Below, one piece after another: positions 52,301 to 64,000 of a DNA stretch of 64,000 bases. The first letter of the stretch is position 1. Each line of letters begins with the position of its first letter. The stretch comes from Antedon mediterranea (Eukaryota > Animalia > Echinodermata). The notes below the pieces were generated by a model. That model was not told where the DNA came from and made no database searches. It worked only from the letters and a program-made list of their open reading frames with translations. Both the position numbers and the translations under genes were made by a program. The DNA lies in the NCBI RefSeq assembly GCF_964355755.1, contig NC_092674.1, positions 12,276,001-12,340,000 on the forward strand. Direction: 5' to 3'.

Positions 52301-55300
52301 TTCATCATGTCTGTTCTAACTATTGTTGTCTTTGGGTACTATTACTTACCTTCTTACAGATGCTAGGTTTTGGATCATCATCTTCAGGAAGGCCAGCAGC
52401 ATTCATCATGTCTGTTCTAACTATTGTTGTCTTTGGGTACTATTACTTACGTTCTTACAGATGCTAGGTTTTGGATCATCATCTTCAGGAAGGCCAGCAG
52501 CATTCATCATGTCTGTTCTAACTATTGTTGTCTTTGGGTACTATTACTTACCTTCTTACAGATGCTATGTTTTGGATCATCATCTTCAGGAAGGCCAGCA
52601 GCATTCATCATGTCTGTTCTAACTATTGTTGTCTTTGGGTACTATTACTTACCTTCTTACATATGCTAGGTTTTGGATCATCATCTTCAGGAAGGCCAGC
52701 AGCATTCATCATGTCTGTTCTAACTATTGTTGTCTTTGGGTACTATTACTTACCTTCTTACAGATGCTAGGTTTTGGATCATCATCTTCAGGAAGGCCAG
52801 CAGCATTCATCATGTCTGTTCTAACTATTGTTGTCTTTGGGTACTATTACTTACGTTCTTACAGATGCTAGGTTTTGGATCATCATCTTCAGGAAGGCCA
52901 GCAGCATTCATCATGTCTGTTCTAACTATTGTTGTCTGCAATATCAAAAATCAATTTTTATTTTCTTTTCTTTTGACAATTGTTTCTCTTTAATTTTCAT
53001 TAAAGCAATTGCCACTTAATCTATAATCTATATATAATCTATTATGATCTATATATATATATATAATAATTAATATTATAAACATATAAGATAAATGATA
53101 AAAACACCTTATAATGTAGATAATTGCCATATTTTCACCGATTTTCTGCCAACATGTTTCTGTTTGTCTGTCCTATTTAATGCTTAGTGTGTTTTATTTA
53201 TATTTATATTAATTTTTATGCAGGTAAATGTTGAACAAGCATTTGCTTTTTATTTTAGTCTATTTCAATTTTACTGTTATTTTATTATGTTATATCTATA
53301 ATGGAGAATATAACTGAAAATCTAAAAACTGATAATGTTTCCATTATAATTCTATCTGAGACTGATATTTTCTCAGAGGTAATTAAACATTTATAGTTAT
53401 GTTCCTAAGATGATACTTTCTCAGATTTAGTTTTTAGTCTTATAACATCAAATTTATTAAGTCTACCTGAAACAAACGGCAATTGTTGATGGTAGCTACA
53501 TTTAGAACCACAAAATGATGGCCATCAATATGCAGTTCTACATGCTCATATGACAATGTAGGCTCAACATCTTCCATTTGAAATTCCTCAATAAATTTTG
53601 TTGAGACACGTTGGAAGAGATCATCTGGTAGGTAGCCATCAAAGTCATGAAAGAGAGAAATAGCACGTTTCTCTTCATATTCAACAGCCTTTGTATCATC
53701 ACGTTGGGGCTTTAGGCGTGAAAGAACATAGAACGTTCGTTCAACATTCTATAGAGACAAAAATGGAACATGAGTAGTAGATGGAATATATGAAAAAATA
53801 ATTGAACTAAATATTTTAAATAAAATGTAAATACCTCTTTACTCCTTTTTTCACACATTAACCCAAAGGTTTGCATCAGAGACACAAAGAAGATAATCAT
53901 CTCAGCTGAATCATCCTTCCATATATGCCGCAGCAGTCTTTCATCTAGTTTACCCCCATTTAAATTTCTCCAAAGCTGTTTCATAGATGGCTAAACAAAT
54001 ATAAAAGCACAAGTGTAATTTGTCAATGCAACAAAGTAATTACTGTTCTTCTGGTCAGTAAAACCCCACCTTTGGGAAAACCTTATTGAAACTTAATTAC
54101 TTGTGCAATGAATGAGGTTAATATCACAGATAACATCTATTAAGGGGACACTTTGTTGGGTCTTCCCTTAATGGGAGTGCTACACTAATACGTTTACAAG
54201 CATATATTTTAGTATTAGAATCTATATATAAATTTACGTAAGGGCAAAATTCGGTAAATCGCGCCTTACTTTTAGAATTTTTACTCGATGGTATGTAAAG
54301 TTGGTTCGTACTTTCGGTACTGATTTTAAACACCTGATGTAACCCTGTTTACTAATTAAATTAAGTTAGATAATTAGTTATCGACGATTAAAACGAATTT
54401 AGGTTCAACGATTTGCCCCAGATAGGGGTGTTTTCCGATCGTGGTATACACTGTCTAATGGATGTCCATCTGGAAAAATACCCGCCACAAAAATGCGAGG
54501 AGGCTTCGCATTTTCCTATCTCCTCCTACGATAATTGTTTGTAATAGCTGAAAACCGGTTGAACAGCTCGAGTACAGTATCATAATGTTGAAGACAGGCC
54601 GATTTTCTTTAAAAAATGCTATTTTGATAGATTTAATATACGTTTATACAAATGTATTGATTTGCGATGAATGGAACATTCCAATATCTGTGTCGTTCCA
54701 CAAGTGTCTATTCCCTCAGGCGTCGTAAAGGAAAGTACTGTATACTCATAACAGAAATTCGATCCATTTTTTTTCCCATCTGTGCTGCAGAGGTTGGATA
54801 TAATTTTTTTTTAACGGATAATGAGCTAGCGTTTTCAGTCGCCGTAATTTAATATTTATTACCGATTAAATCGAATTATGAGTTGCCCCGAATAGAGGTG
54901 GTTTTCACAAATTGTTTAACATTATATATAAACATACGTCGTAGTGTATCGTTACATGTACTGTACTATTTATTTCAATCGACTACGACGCAATGTTTTA
55001 CTGTGTTTAGTGGTATATTATTTGTAAAACATGTTAATTAATATTTCGTTACAAAATAAAGAATATATTTAAAAATTGTTCCTCTTTGCACCCATCCTCT
55101 TCCCCATCTCTCAACCATAATGTTACATACAAAACACAAATTAAGTTTGTTTAAATTTGACTTAAACAATTGGTCTCATTTTGTGACATCTTTCTCTTTC
55201 GGAAGTAATTCCCAGTGTGCTAATTTTAGTTAATCTATTTAATCGTTCCTGTAAACAACATATATTATTGTACATTTGAAATCGCCAGTTTTTTAACGCT

Positions 55301-58300
55301 GAAATTACTGTGTATTCGAAAACCATCTGTGGGCACGACCTAGATGGTACGCGAGCGAAGCGAGCGTACCATCTAGTATAATAGAATTACTGAGGTATAA
55401 TTTCGTTCTCTGTGTGGCAGATATTACATGTTTACAGCTAAATCCTAAATGTTTACATATGATATTCACCAATGACTGACACCACTCAAAGAAGTGAAGT
55501 TTGCAAACCTGAAGGCTGGGATCTATAACTGTGATGATTGTTTTAAACTTGTCAACTACTCCCATCAAATCTATAACAATTTTTTCTTTGAGGATCTTGT
55601 CATCTGGGTAGAACAGAATCTCACCGATGTCGTGCAAATACTCAAGAAACTGTTTTCTGTCAGTTATCTTACAACTAGCAAGTAAATCATTAATCTAAAA
55701 GGCAAATAAATATTATAATGAAAAATGTAACGAAAACAAAATTATTGAGTAATTACAAACTGGTTTTCTGCTGATGTTATCAATCATTTCGTTAATGTTG
55801 AAAGGTTGTTTATATAGGATATAATACTTCATCATGCAAGGGTAGATTTGAAATCTGAAAGTTTCCTAACCAACAGTAAACTCAAGGTTTACCACTTACT
55901 TACTTCAATAATTGTTATTGCCAAACAAAATGTTCATTTTGTTTTTGGCACAATTGGTACTAAAACAATTGTACCATTCCTGTTTGATACACATTTGTTG
56001 AAGATTCACCATAAACAGTCAATTAACACAGACAGCAAAGCAGGGATACTGTTAATGTTACTATCAATAACAAGTTTTTTTTTCACTTTAACACCATTCG
56101 ATGCAGCAATAAAAAAACAGGGTTTAATGCTTTAATGTGATTTAAGAATAAACAAATGTAATGGATGTTAAACACTTATTATTAAAACACATTGTTCAAT
56201 CAATTTTTTTTTATATAAATGTATCTATTCTAACCTGAGATATTGGTAGATACAGTTTGTCTTTTCGTAACTTTTGTATTTCCTGCAGTACTTGTAGCCA
56301 TTTGATTGGCAAAGTAAGAATCATCATCTGGACTAATTTTTGTATTTGGAGAATGATTTTAGAAGCACCGCTCTTTTCAAATGAGACACTGTTTTCAATG
56401 GTAAAGAGCTCTTCTTGAAACACCATGTCCTCAAATGGTTTTCCTTCCAGGGCTTTCCAAAGTTTTTTCTCTATTGCCTTTACCTAAAATAAATAACATC
56501 ACTGTAACATGGTGGGACCAAACCCTATTAGTCACACAGGCTATTCACCCCTTACTCTCCCCGTTGTCTACTTAACTTGGAACACTACATTCCTGAGGTG
56601 GGTCTTCCAAGGAAAGTCAATCAGGATGTGGTACCATTTAATTAGTCATCCTTCCTGTCCCCTTAATATAAATATATGTTTTGTAGTTAAGTTAGTTAGT
56701 TCGGGTATTGATTCTTGAGACTATAACATCAGTCAGAATCACTACGTTTCACATTGTTTTATAATATTACTTTTTGATTGAATAAATATTATATTTTGTA
56801 CATTGAATAATTGTGTGCCATCGTTATTGTCTTGGCCCTCGACACGACTACCGTTACAATCACATTGGAATTAAACGTATGTCATGGGAAAATTTAAAGG
56901 GTGTCGTACCAGCCAAGACTCCACCCCCACCCCATTTGTAAACTGCAAGAAGTCTTTTATTTAATTTATGTCACGCATTTATGTACCCAGTGTACACTGG
57001 TATAATTATACCAATATAAGAAAATGTGTGCTAAATCATACATATTTGTATACCCTTTTATTTGTTTTATTATTATAACAGATGGAACATTATTATCACA
57101 ATGAAAGCGCACATACTGTAGTATCTCATTTATGAAAAAATCTTCGATTTTTACAAAAAAATATCATTTGAAATACTTTTAATCTTTAGCCTACATTTTT
57201 TTAAAAATTGAAATTAAGGTAAGATAATCATTTAATCATAAGCCAGCACAGTACAGTAGTATGTGCATGCCATGACAATGAAACAACTGTCCACCTGATT
57301 ACATAATAGGGACTTTACGAAACAGGATGGTTAGTTTTCTGTGTTCGCTGGAGCACAAAATTATAAACAAGACATAGCCGTTTTATTAGTTACCCACCAC
57401 GTGAAGACGACAACGACCGGTCAGAGAGAGAGAGAGAGAGAACCACGTCTACTAGCCTACTAGACTATAATAGGGCTACTCTAGCTAGGGGACCTAACTA
57501 GGCTACTTACTAGATATGGGTGTATTGATTTGGGTTTATGGCCTAAAAGCTAGAACAGCATTATCTCTAGTCTCCCTCCCCTGTCTCACGGGGTCCCTAT
57601 TGAATCTCTTTGCCTTGGTGGTACGACATATGCTTTCTAGCTAGGGACCTTGCAAACCAACGCCGCGCAAAATGTATTGCACGGCAGCAATTTTAATCCA
57701 AAAACAATGTTATTTCGTTAAACAATTAAATTAGAAGTGAAAATTACACTTTAAGTGTTTTGAACTGTATATTTAAGGTTATATATACTAGTTGTATTTC
57801 TAATCGTTCTTCATGAGCACCTAATAGTATGAGCATGACATGACGTATAAAACAATCGCCCACCTGATTACGCAATATATGGTTGCCAATGTTAGGGATG
57901 AAACTACATATTGTTTCCAATGAATCAATTACAATATACAATTTTGTAATGTTTAATGAAACAAAATATGATAACATATGTACCATTTGTTGTCTTTCTT
58001 GTTCAGTTTTACCAAGGCTCTCATAATGTGTACCAATCAGCATTATCTTGTTTTTCTGTCCTGTTCTTACGTTTACAAAAACTGAACGAATCCAAAACAG
58101 AATGAACTCAAGATTTGTCATTCGATGTTCATACATTTTTCCCTAAATCACAAAGAAAATGAACACAATTTTCATTTTAAATTCTTAAACAGGTAGTTTG
58201 AAAACATTGTGGAAAATTATCTTATTATTGTGGTAATAATAGCAGCACACATTTATATAGAAAAACAACACTATCATGGAAATGGAAATAACAACAATCA

Positions 58301-58786
58301 TGTATCAGGCCTCTGCTATTTGCACAGTTTTTGTTAAGGTAAAGGAAGATTTAGATTTTAAGATTTATATATATTTTTATATGGTATAGTTTATTCCATT
58401 CTGTAAGGGGCGGGTTTCCCGCTGTTGAATGAGTTTGAATAAAAATAAAATAAAATAAGAAATAAACATTTTATGTATATTCAAGTACATAGAACATTTT
58501 AAATTTGTAAAATCTACTTACAGTTGTTGGATCACGAACTTTAGCTGGGGCATCAAGATCTTGTTTCAGGTTAAATACCACACATACAACAGCATAAGAC
58601 ACCATGAATATCTATTAAACATAATCATAATTGTCAGTATTAAAAACCGTTTTCACATGTGTCAGTATACTGGCACAACTAAATATTTGATACTTATTTT
58701 TTTCCTCACAAACTGCATGTTCATCTTGGAAACATTTACAATCTGAAACATTGGTTTAATAAATAATGAATGTTTTATTATTACAT

Positions 58787-58818
<32 letters not shown>

Positions 58819-61800
58819 CCCCCTTGCTATCCATCTATGCTAATATTACATTATGGTAGACATCAATGAATACTATTTTATTAAAAGTCTCCCAAACCTG
58901 GATACCCTTCGGCTGGCAAAATATGTCTGAGTTTACAGAAATTCTGATATTCCAAATGTATTTTTAAAGGTAAAAAGAATTTTTAGTTTCTGGTAATTAG
59001 AGACTAGAGACTGAGTTGACTGTATTCAATTAAATGAAGAATAAAATAATTTATAATATTGTAATAATAATAATTGTATTTTATAACAGATATACTGTTA
59101 CCATATTAGATCAACAGATAACATTTTTGTAATACCTTAGGGGTAGATTATTACTTCAAATCAAGTGTCAGTGGTGAAATTGTAACGAAGCCAAAAGACA
59201 ATTTTACTAGATCCTGATCCCAACACAACCTCAGAAGGAGGTATATGTATTAATAAGTACAAACTCTTTAGTAAGGTACAAGTATATCTTTATTCTATGG
59301 TGTCTCAAACTGAACTGTACAAAGTTATGGGTAAACGGTGATCAGTGATTGGCTATTCTGGCATGATAATTATATTACTACTACTGTAGTATTGTAACAG
59401 GAGGCATACTAAATTAAAGGCAAAACTAAGAAATTAGGTAAATCAATACAATTTACCCGTTGTATCACATGGTATATAGGCTGCCCTCCAAAGTCCCAGA
59501 AGTTCATAACAAACTTGTTGCTGTCCACTTTAGAGTCACCACCTATTCTTATAGAGCGAAGTTGGCTTTCAACTTTGTTCACGACCCCTTTAGGAATTTG
59601 TGGTCTATCAAGTTTTTCTTCATACACTGGTTCTGTTGTGGTAAAATAATAATACGCAATACAACAGTTTAATTCAATATCATTTCAACATTTAAAAACA
59701 AAATAGAAATCCATCATAATAAAGCTGTTCCTTTTTACTTAAATCTTTGATAATTGTAAAAACAGACAAGACAGATGGGGGCAGGCTGAGAATATAGGAT
59801 GACACTATAACTTTTTTGTTAAAAGAAAAGGTAATTCCAATGCAATATTTAAGTATTCTAAACCTTATCCTTTCCAATCAATGGTTTAGTGATGAGTTTA
59901 TTTAACCACATTGTACTGCAAGTTGAATAGATTACACAGCAGTGTCATACAATATACAAATACTAGTATTAACTGTCAAAGTAACTTGCAGGATAATATG
60001 TTCATTAGCATACACTGATGATTATGATTACATTTCCGCTTCTTAAATCATTTCAATATTTCTGATATCATTACTATGCATGAACAGCACAATCAAGCAC
60101 ATTTCAAAATAAATATTTACCCTCCTTTTGTGGGCTTGGCATTGGATTTGAACTTTTTGATGTTTCAGCAAATTTGACTTCCTGTTTTGATGTTGATGCT
60201 CCTGTGGGGTTTTTCTCTTTCTCATGTCTACTTTCTGAAAAATGTGTTGATATAATTAAATATGATGCTATCTTGTGATAAGGAGCATAATACATTAACA
60301 TTAAATAACATTAGGCTTTAAATTCAAATTAACTTTACCAGAATTAAAGTTTACAGTAATGAATCATTTTTTGTATAAACATGTCTTTTTATATTAAATT
60401 GTATATGTATTAAATCATTTTTGTACCAATTTGTGGTTTTGTATTGTTCAATTTATATTGACTACTTTTTTAAACAGTTAAACATGTTTTACAGCAGATT
60501 ACAATAACAATAAAGACATTTTAACTAAATTTGAATTAACTGTAATTAACATCTTTTACCAGATTTGGTTTTCTCCTTTGATGGTCCTGCTCTTGGTGTG
60601 TATCCTTCTGTATAGCGTGGACTTTTCAACATTTGTTTAACTGTGACATCAGTGACAGCATCCTGATACATGTCTGAAGCTTTTTAATAAAAAAAATGTT
60701 AATATATTCACATTATATTATTTTTTACACTGTTACATATTGGTTTTTAAAAGCATTGAAACCATTTTAATGTTGTTGTTGCAATAATTGATCCTCCTTG
60801 GTCAAAGTGGATAATTATTATATGATATTAAAATGGCATATTACTTATTTGGAAAAAAAAATACAAAAACACATTGTGGCATGATAGAGCATGTCACAGG
60901 GTGAATTTAAAAAAAAATATTTTGGTTGTTTTTTAACAGCAACATGTATCTGAATAAAGTGAATACTTACAAATATCCTGCGTTGTTTCTTTCAACATTT
61001 GCTTGTTACTGGGATCTGGTGTACACACCGTTGTTTTAACCATTGCATCGGTTATTAGATGCACTGGATTAAACCTATGGCAAAATGACATTATATAATT
61101 CAGAAAAGAATGTTTGCATTAATAATCTAGAGACACATAATTTGATGGTCTACTGTAAATACTTTGTTTTTACGTTGAATTATAATCTTATTTTAAACCG
61201 TATTTTGAGGTTCACAATATCATGTTGAAAACAAATTGAAAGCATCAGTTAACGTTTCTATCATTACTTTTTCACTTATCCTTACAGACAGTATAGACCC
61301 TCAACAACGTGTGTTCACAGGAACTATGCGTGTACAGTTATATACCAATCAAACAATAATACATCTACGCAATAAAATATTTAGGACACTGTTCCCAACT
61401 GCAAGTAGCAAACAATCAATCAACAAAAATATAATATAATGGGCTTACTCTTTTCTTAAAAGAGAAGTTATAGTAGAAGTTTTTCCAACATTCTCAAGTC
61501 CTACAAAAATAGTTCTTCCTTGATTAAACTCTGTTTGTCCTTCTTCGAGTGCATTTTGAAATGCTTTCACCGCATCAGGTCCTCTTGCCAATATCTCCTC
61601 TGGAACATGTATATCTTAAAATAAACAAAATAAATTATTGTATAATTTTCATTTTTTCATGGAAATTCTAAAGATGTTGGTATCTGAAATATATGCCTGT
61701 CATTGGCAGAAAATACAGTGCCAACTCATTATTTCACATAGGCTATTAAACAAGAAAACTCAGATCTAGAAAACTCAGAAATATCCATTATTAATCAGAG

Positions 61801-62844
61801 GGATTAAAAAAAATATTGTATACCTTTATAAAATATTTCGTTGCAGTGTTATAGATAAGGGTTTGCATAATTTGATTAATGTTTTGATTTAATTATTAAA
61901 TTTAATATATTAGCTGAATATTATTTAACAGCGTGGTAACCTGAATAGCAGAATAAAATCTGAGTTTTCTAGAACTAAACAATTCAGATATATCTGAAAT
62001 CCGAGTTTTCTAGACACCCATTAAACAGTGCATACATTTATTGTAATCTTTATCAGGATTTTCTTTTCTTTATTTATTTATCCAAATTGTGAGAAATAGC
62101 AAATTAACAAGAGTGTAGGAGATCACAAAAATATTGAGAGATAACACTCATACAATTATTGGAAGAGTTGGGAGGTCTGAGTTAGTCTGGAAGTTAGCAT
62201 ACAGCCAGCTGTCTTCACTTACCTTCAATTGTATTTGCCAACTCTTTTTCATCAGATTTTCTGAGCGCTTTAACAAGTTGCGAACGCTTGGACTCAGAAG
62301 TTGATAATTTCATGGCCCAAGCATTCAGCATTTTATAAATCATGTTAACTTTATTATCAGGATTATCTTGTTTAAAATGATCGATATCTGCCATGGTAAA
62401 CTCAAGATTTACTGCTAGTTGTTCCCAATTACCAAAAACCTTAGTGGCTATGTTGATTAATTCTTTGGTTGTTATATCTATATAAAATAAGACATTCTCA
62501 TAATTTGTAAAACGCTCAATGCGAAAGGAGATACATAAAACACAGTGTTCACAGACAGCTCCAGCATGTCTATGTCATAATTGTCTCCAAATCACTGTGC
62601 ACAGGCTTAATTGAATCTTTGGCTGAAATATTTTCAGGAAATATTATTAACAACTTTGCTACTGACATTTGGCAAACACGTTTTCATTTTTAAAAACACA
62701 CACACACAAACCCTTTCACATTTCAGCCAAATCTGTAATATGAAAAACCCAGCAAATCAGTGTAAACTGTACCTCTATAGTATAAAGGTTGTTAAAGAAT
62801 ATTCATACCTGATGATGTGATATCTATGAATGGTAAAGGTCCGC
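47072..62844 (-). CDS. ROCO-family GTPase with multiple death domains (Death-ROC-COR-Death x3), 5'-truncated; ~1185 aa in window
   Basis: Exons in transcript order, all AG/GT with consistent phase: 62809-62844, 62223-62477, 61449-61614, 60971-61074, 60560-60679, 60121-60234, 59457-59632, 58522-58611, 57984-58142, 56235-56483, 55509-55694, 53835-53990, 53467-53748, one 81-nt repeat exon (e.g. 52855-52935), 50428-50644, 49889-49993, 49223-49414, 48855-49130, 48186-48509, 47072-47343 (TGA). Motifs: VPEEILARGP..ALEEG, P-loop GLENVGKTS, WDFGGQPIYH, LIGTH, LPIKW, YLHDIGEILFY, FYVLSRL, GYLPDDLFQR. Confidence 0.92.
50428..55694 (-). CDS. ROCO gene exons: COR domain region, including the 19-copy exon array
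   Basis: FLEYLHDIGEILFY..IVIDL, GKLDERLLRHIW, LMQTFGLMC, FYVLSRL, YLPDDLFQRV; the frame continues through the 27-aa repeat exon into VLTFLERELNYL. Confidence 0.85.
51038..52935 (-). repeat. 101-bp tandem array: 19 copies of an 81-nt ROCO coding exon separated by 20-nt GT..AG spacers
   Basis: Minus-strand unit ACAACAATAGTTAGA...ATCTGTAAGAAG (TTIVRTDMMNAAGLPEDDDPKPSICKK) + gtaagtaatagtacccaaag. Outermost acceptor ttgatattgcag at 52936 onward; outermost donor gtaagttaatg below 51038. Confidence 0.95.
54221..55376 (+). mobile_element. Non-autonomous Helitron (family H1, copy 3) in a ROCO intron
   Basis: A|TC start, same 5' ~450 bp as copy 2, ends CTAGATGGTACGCGAGCGAAGCGAGCGTACCATCTAG|T. Confidence 0.9.
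56235..61614 (-). CDS. ROCO gene exons: ROC small-GTPase domain
   Basis: G1 GLENVGKTS (61449-61614), G3 WDFGGQ (59457-59632), beta strand AVVCVVFNL (58522-58611), G4 MLIGTHYE (57984-58142), G5-like FTIENS (56235-56483). Confidence 0.9.
61753..62019. mobile_element. Small MITE with AGAAAACTCAG subrepeats
   Basis: CTAGAAAACTCAG is inverted against CTGAGTTTTCTAG; flanked by the direct repeat ATTAAACA. Confidence 0.6.
62223..62477 (-). CDS. ROCO gene exon: N-terminal death domain (phase 1-1)
   Basis: DITTKELINIATKVFGNWEQLAVNLEFTMADIDHFKQDNPDNKVNMIYKMLNAWAMK...LVKALRKSDEKELA; fits the death-fold pattern W..LA..L, ML..W, L..AL. Confidence 0.85.
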
Positions 62845-62894
62845 CTAAAAAAGGAAAATACATGAGTAAAAAACAGTTAATTTTGAAGGGTGTT

Positions 62895-63105
62895 ACAACC
62901 GCTAACAACAGCTAATGTCGAAACAACTGTTAATGTAGAACAATCCACCGCTAATGTAGTAAAACCGCCAGCTAATGTAGAAACAACAATAGCTTATGTA
63001 GTAAATAAAATCAACACGAGCTAATGTAGAAACGGTCAACATGTTATGTAGTAACGAAAATTGCCTCCCAGCTTATGTAGTTACTATCGCCATCTAATGT
63101 AGAAA
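62895..63105. repeat. Degenerate tandem repeat with GCTAATGTAGAAAC core
   Basis: About 8 irregularly spaced copies. Confidence 0.8.
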
Positions 63106-63114
63106 ATATTTCAC

Positions 63115-63845
63115 TAAATCATGTGCAAATGCATCGATCTTTACTTAGCTATCAGTCTTTCCACCTCTTGTAAGCAACCAACTTTCTAAACGACCACGCA
63201 TCGTAATCAACCATCTCTGTTTTTTGCTTTTCATAATCGACCACCTCTCATAAGCAACTACCACTCTTAACGACCACACCTCTCGTAGTAACGACCAACT
63301 CTTGTAAATGACCCCCTCTATTGAACGACCACCATCACTGTTAAGGGACCGCTTCTCATTTATTTTTTGTCTCAGGACATGTCTACCAAATTCGGTGCCT
63401 AAACAGGGACGATGGTCGTTCAATAGAGGTGGTACTGTAACTTTCGAGAGGTCGTTCTGACGGGAGATGGTCGATTATGAGAAGAGGTCCTTTAATAGAG
63501 GTCGTTAAGAGATGTGGCTGCTTAAGAGAGGTGGTCGATTATGAGAAGCAGTCCCTTAATAGAGGTGGTGGTCGTTCAATAGAGGTGGTCCTTTAATAGA
63601 GAGAAATAGGTCTTAAAAGATACGGTCACTAACGAGAGGTGTGGTCGTTAAAAGAGGTGGTCGCTTACGAGAGGTGGTCGATTATGAGAGGTGATGATTC
63701 CTTACGAGAGGTGGTCCATTATGAGAAGCGGTCCTTAACGGAGATGGTTGCTTATGATGTGTGGTCGTTTGAGAAAGTTGGTTGCATACGGAAAGTGGAA
63801 AGACTGACAGACTAAGTAAAGATCGATGTATTTGCACATGATTTA
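63115..63845. mobile_element. Foldback element with GAGGTGGTCG/CGACCACCTC internal repeats
   Basis: TAAATCATGTGCAAATGCATCGATCTTTACTTAG..AGTCTTTCCAC is inverted against GTGGAAAGACT..CTAAGTAAAGATCGATGTATTTGCACATGATTTA. Confidence 0.85.
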
Positions 63846-64000
63846 TGTATATATAATATATATCGTTTCAAATTAATTATATATATATAAACAAATAAGG
63901 CAAAGAATATTAATTCTAACCGCCAGGTGATATACTGAAATTTAATTAATTTGAAACGATAAAGATGAGGAAATCTGTGAGAATGAGAAAAAGTCGCCCC

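Noticed and set aside
51112-53019. Series of overlapping + strand ORFs (MLSLGTITYLLTDARFW...)
   Set aside because: By-products of the 101-bp period cycling through frames; the meaningful reading is the minus-strand exon that fits the ROCO frame.

Overview
AT-rich, intron-rich metazoan genomic DNA (probably a marine invertebrate deuterostome; this is an inference from gene content, a Deu-domain SINE and the repeat types). I traced three spliced genes by hand through GT-AG junctions with consistent reading phase. (1) The 3' 15 exons of an integrin beta subunit (+, 4743-23108). (2) A complete 10-exon SLC22/Orct organic cation transporter (+, 28033-37638, 545 aa). (3) A 5'-truncated minus-strand ROCO GTPase gene (62844->47072) with the architecture Death-ROC-COR-linker-Death-Death-Death. 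A decayed myosin IQ-neck fragment lies between genes 2 and 3. Introns and spacers hold non-autonomous Helitrons, nested Helentron/HINE elements, Mutator/foldback-like elements with target-site duplications, a hAT-like MITE, 5S- and tRNA-derived SINEs, LINE fragments and minisatellites. The most striking feature is the 101-bp tandem repeat at 51038-52935. On the minus strand it is 19 stop-free, phase-0 copies of one 81-nt coding exon of the ROCO COR region, each separated by a 20-nt GTAAG...AAG spacer. It is a candidate alternative-exon or micro-intron array giving about 10 peptide variants; it could equally be an inert expansion.
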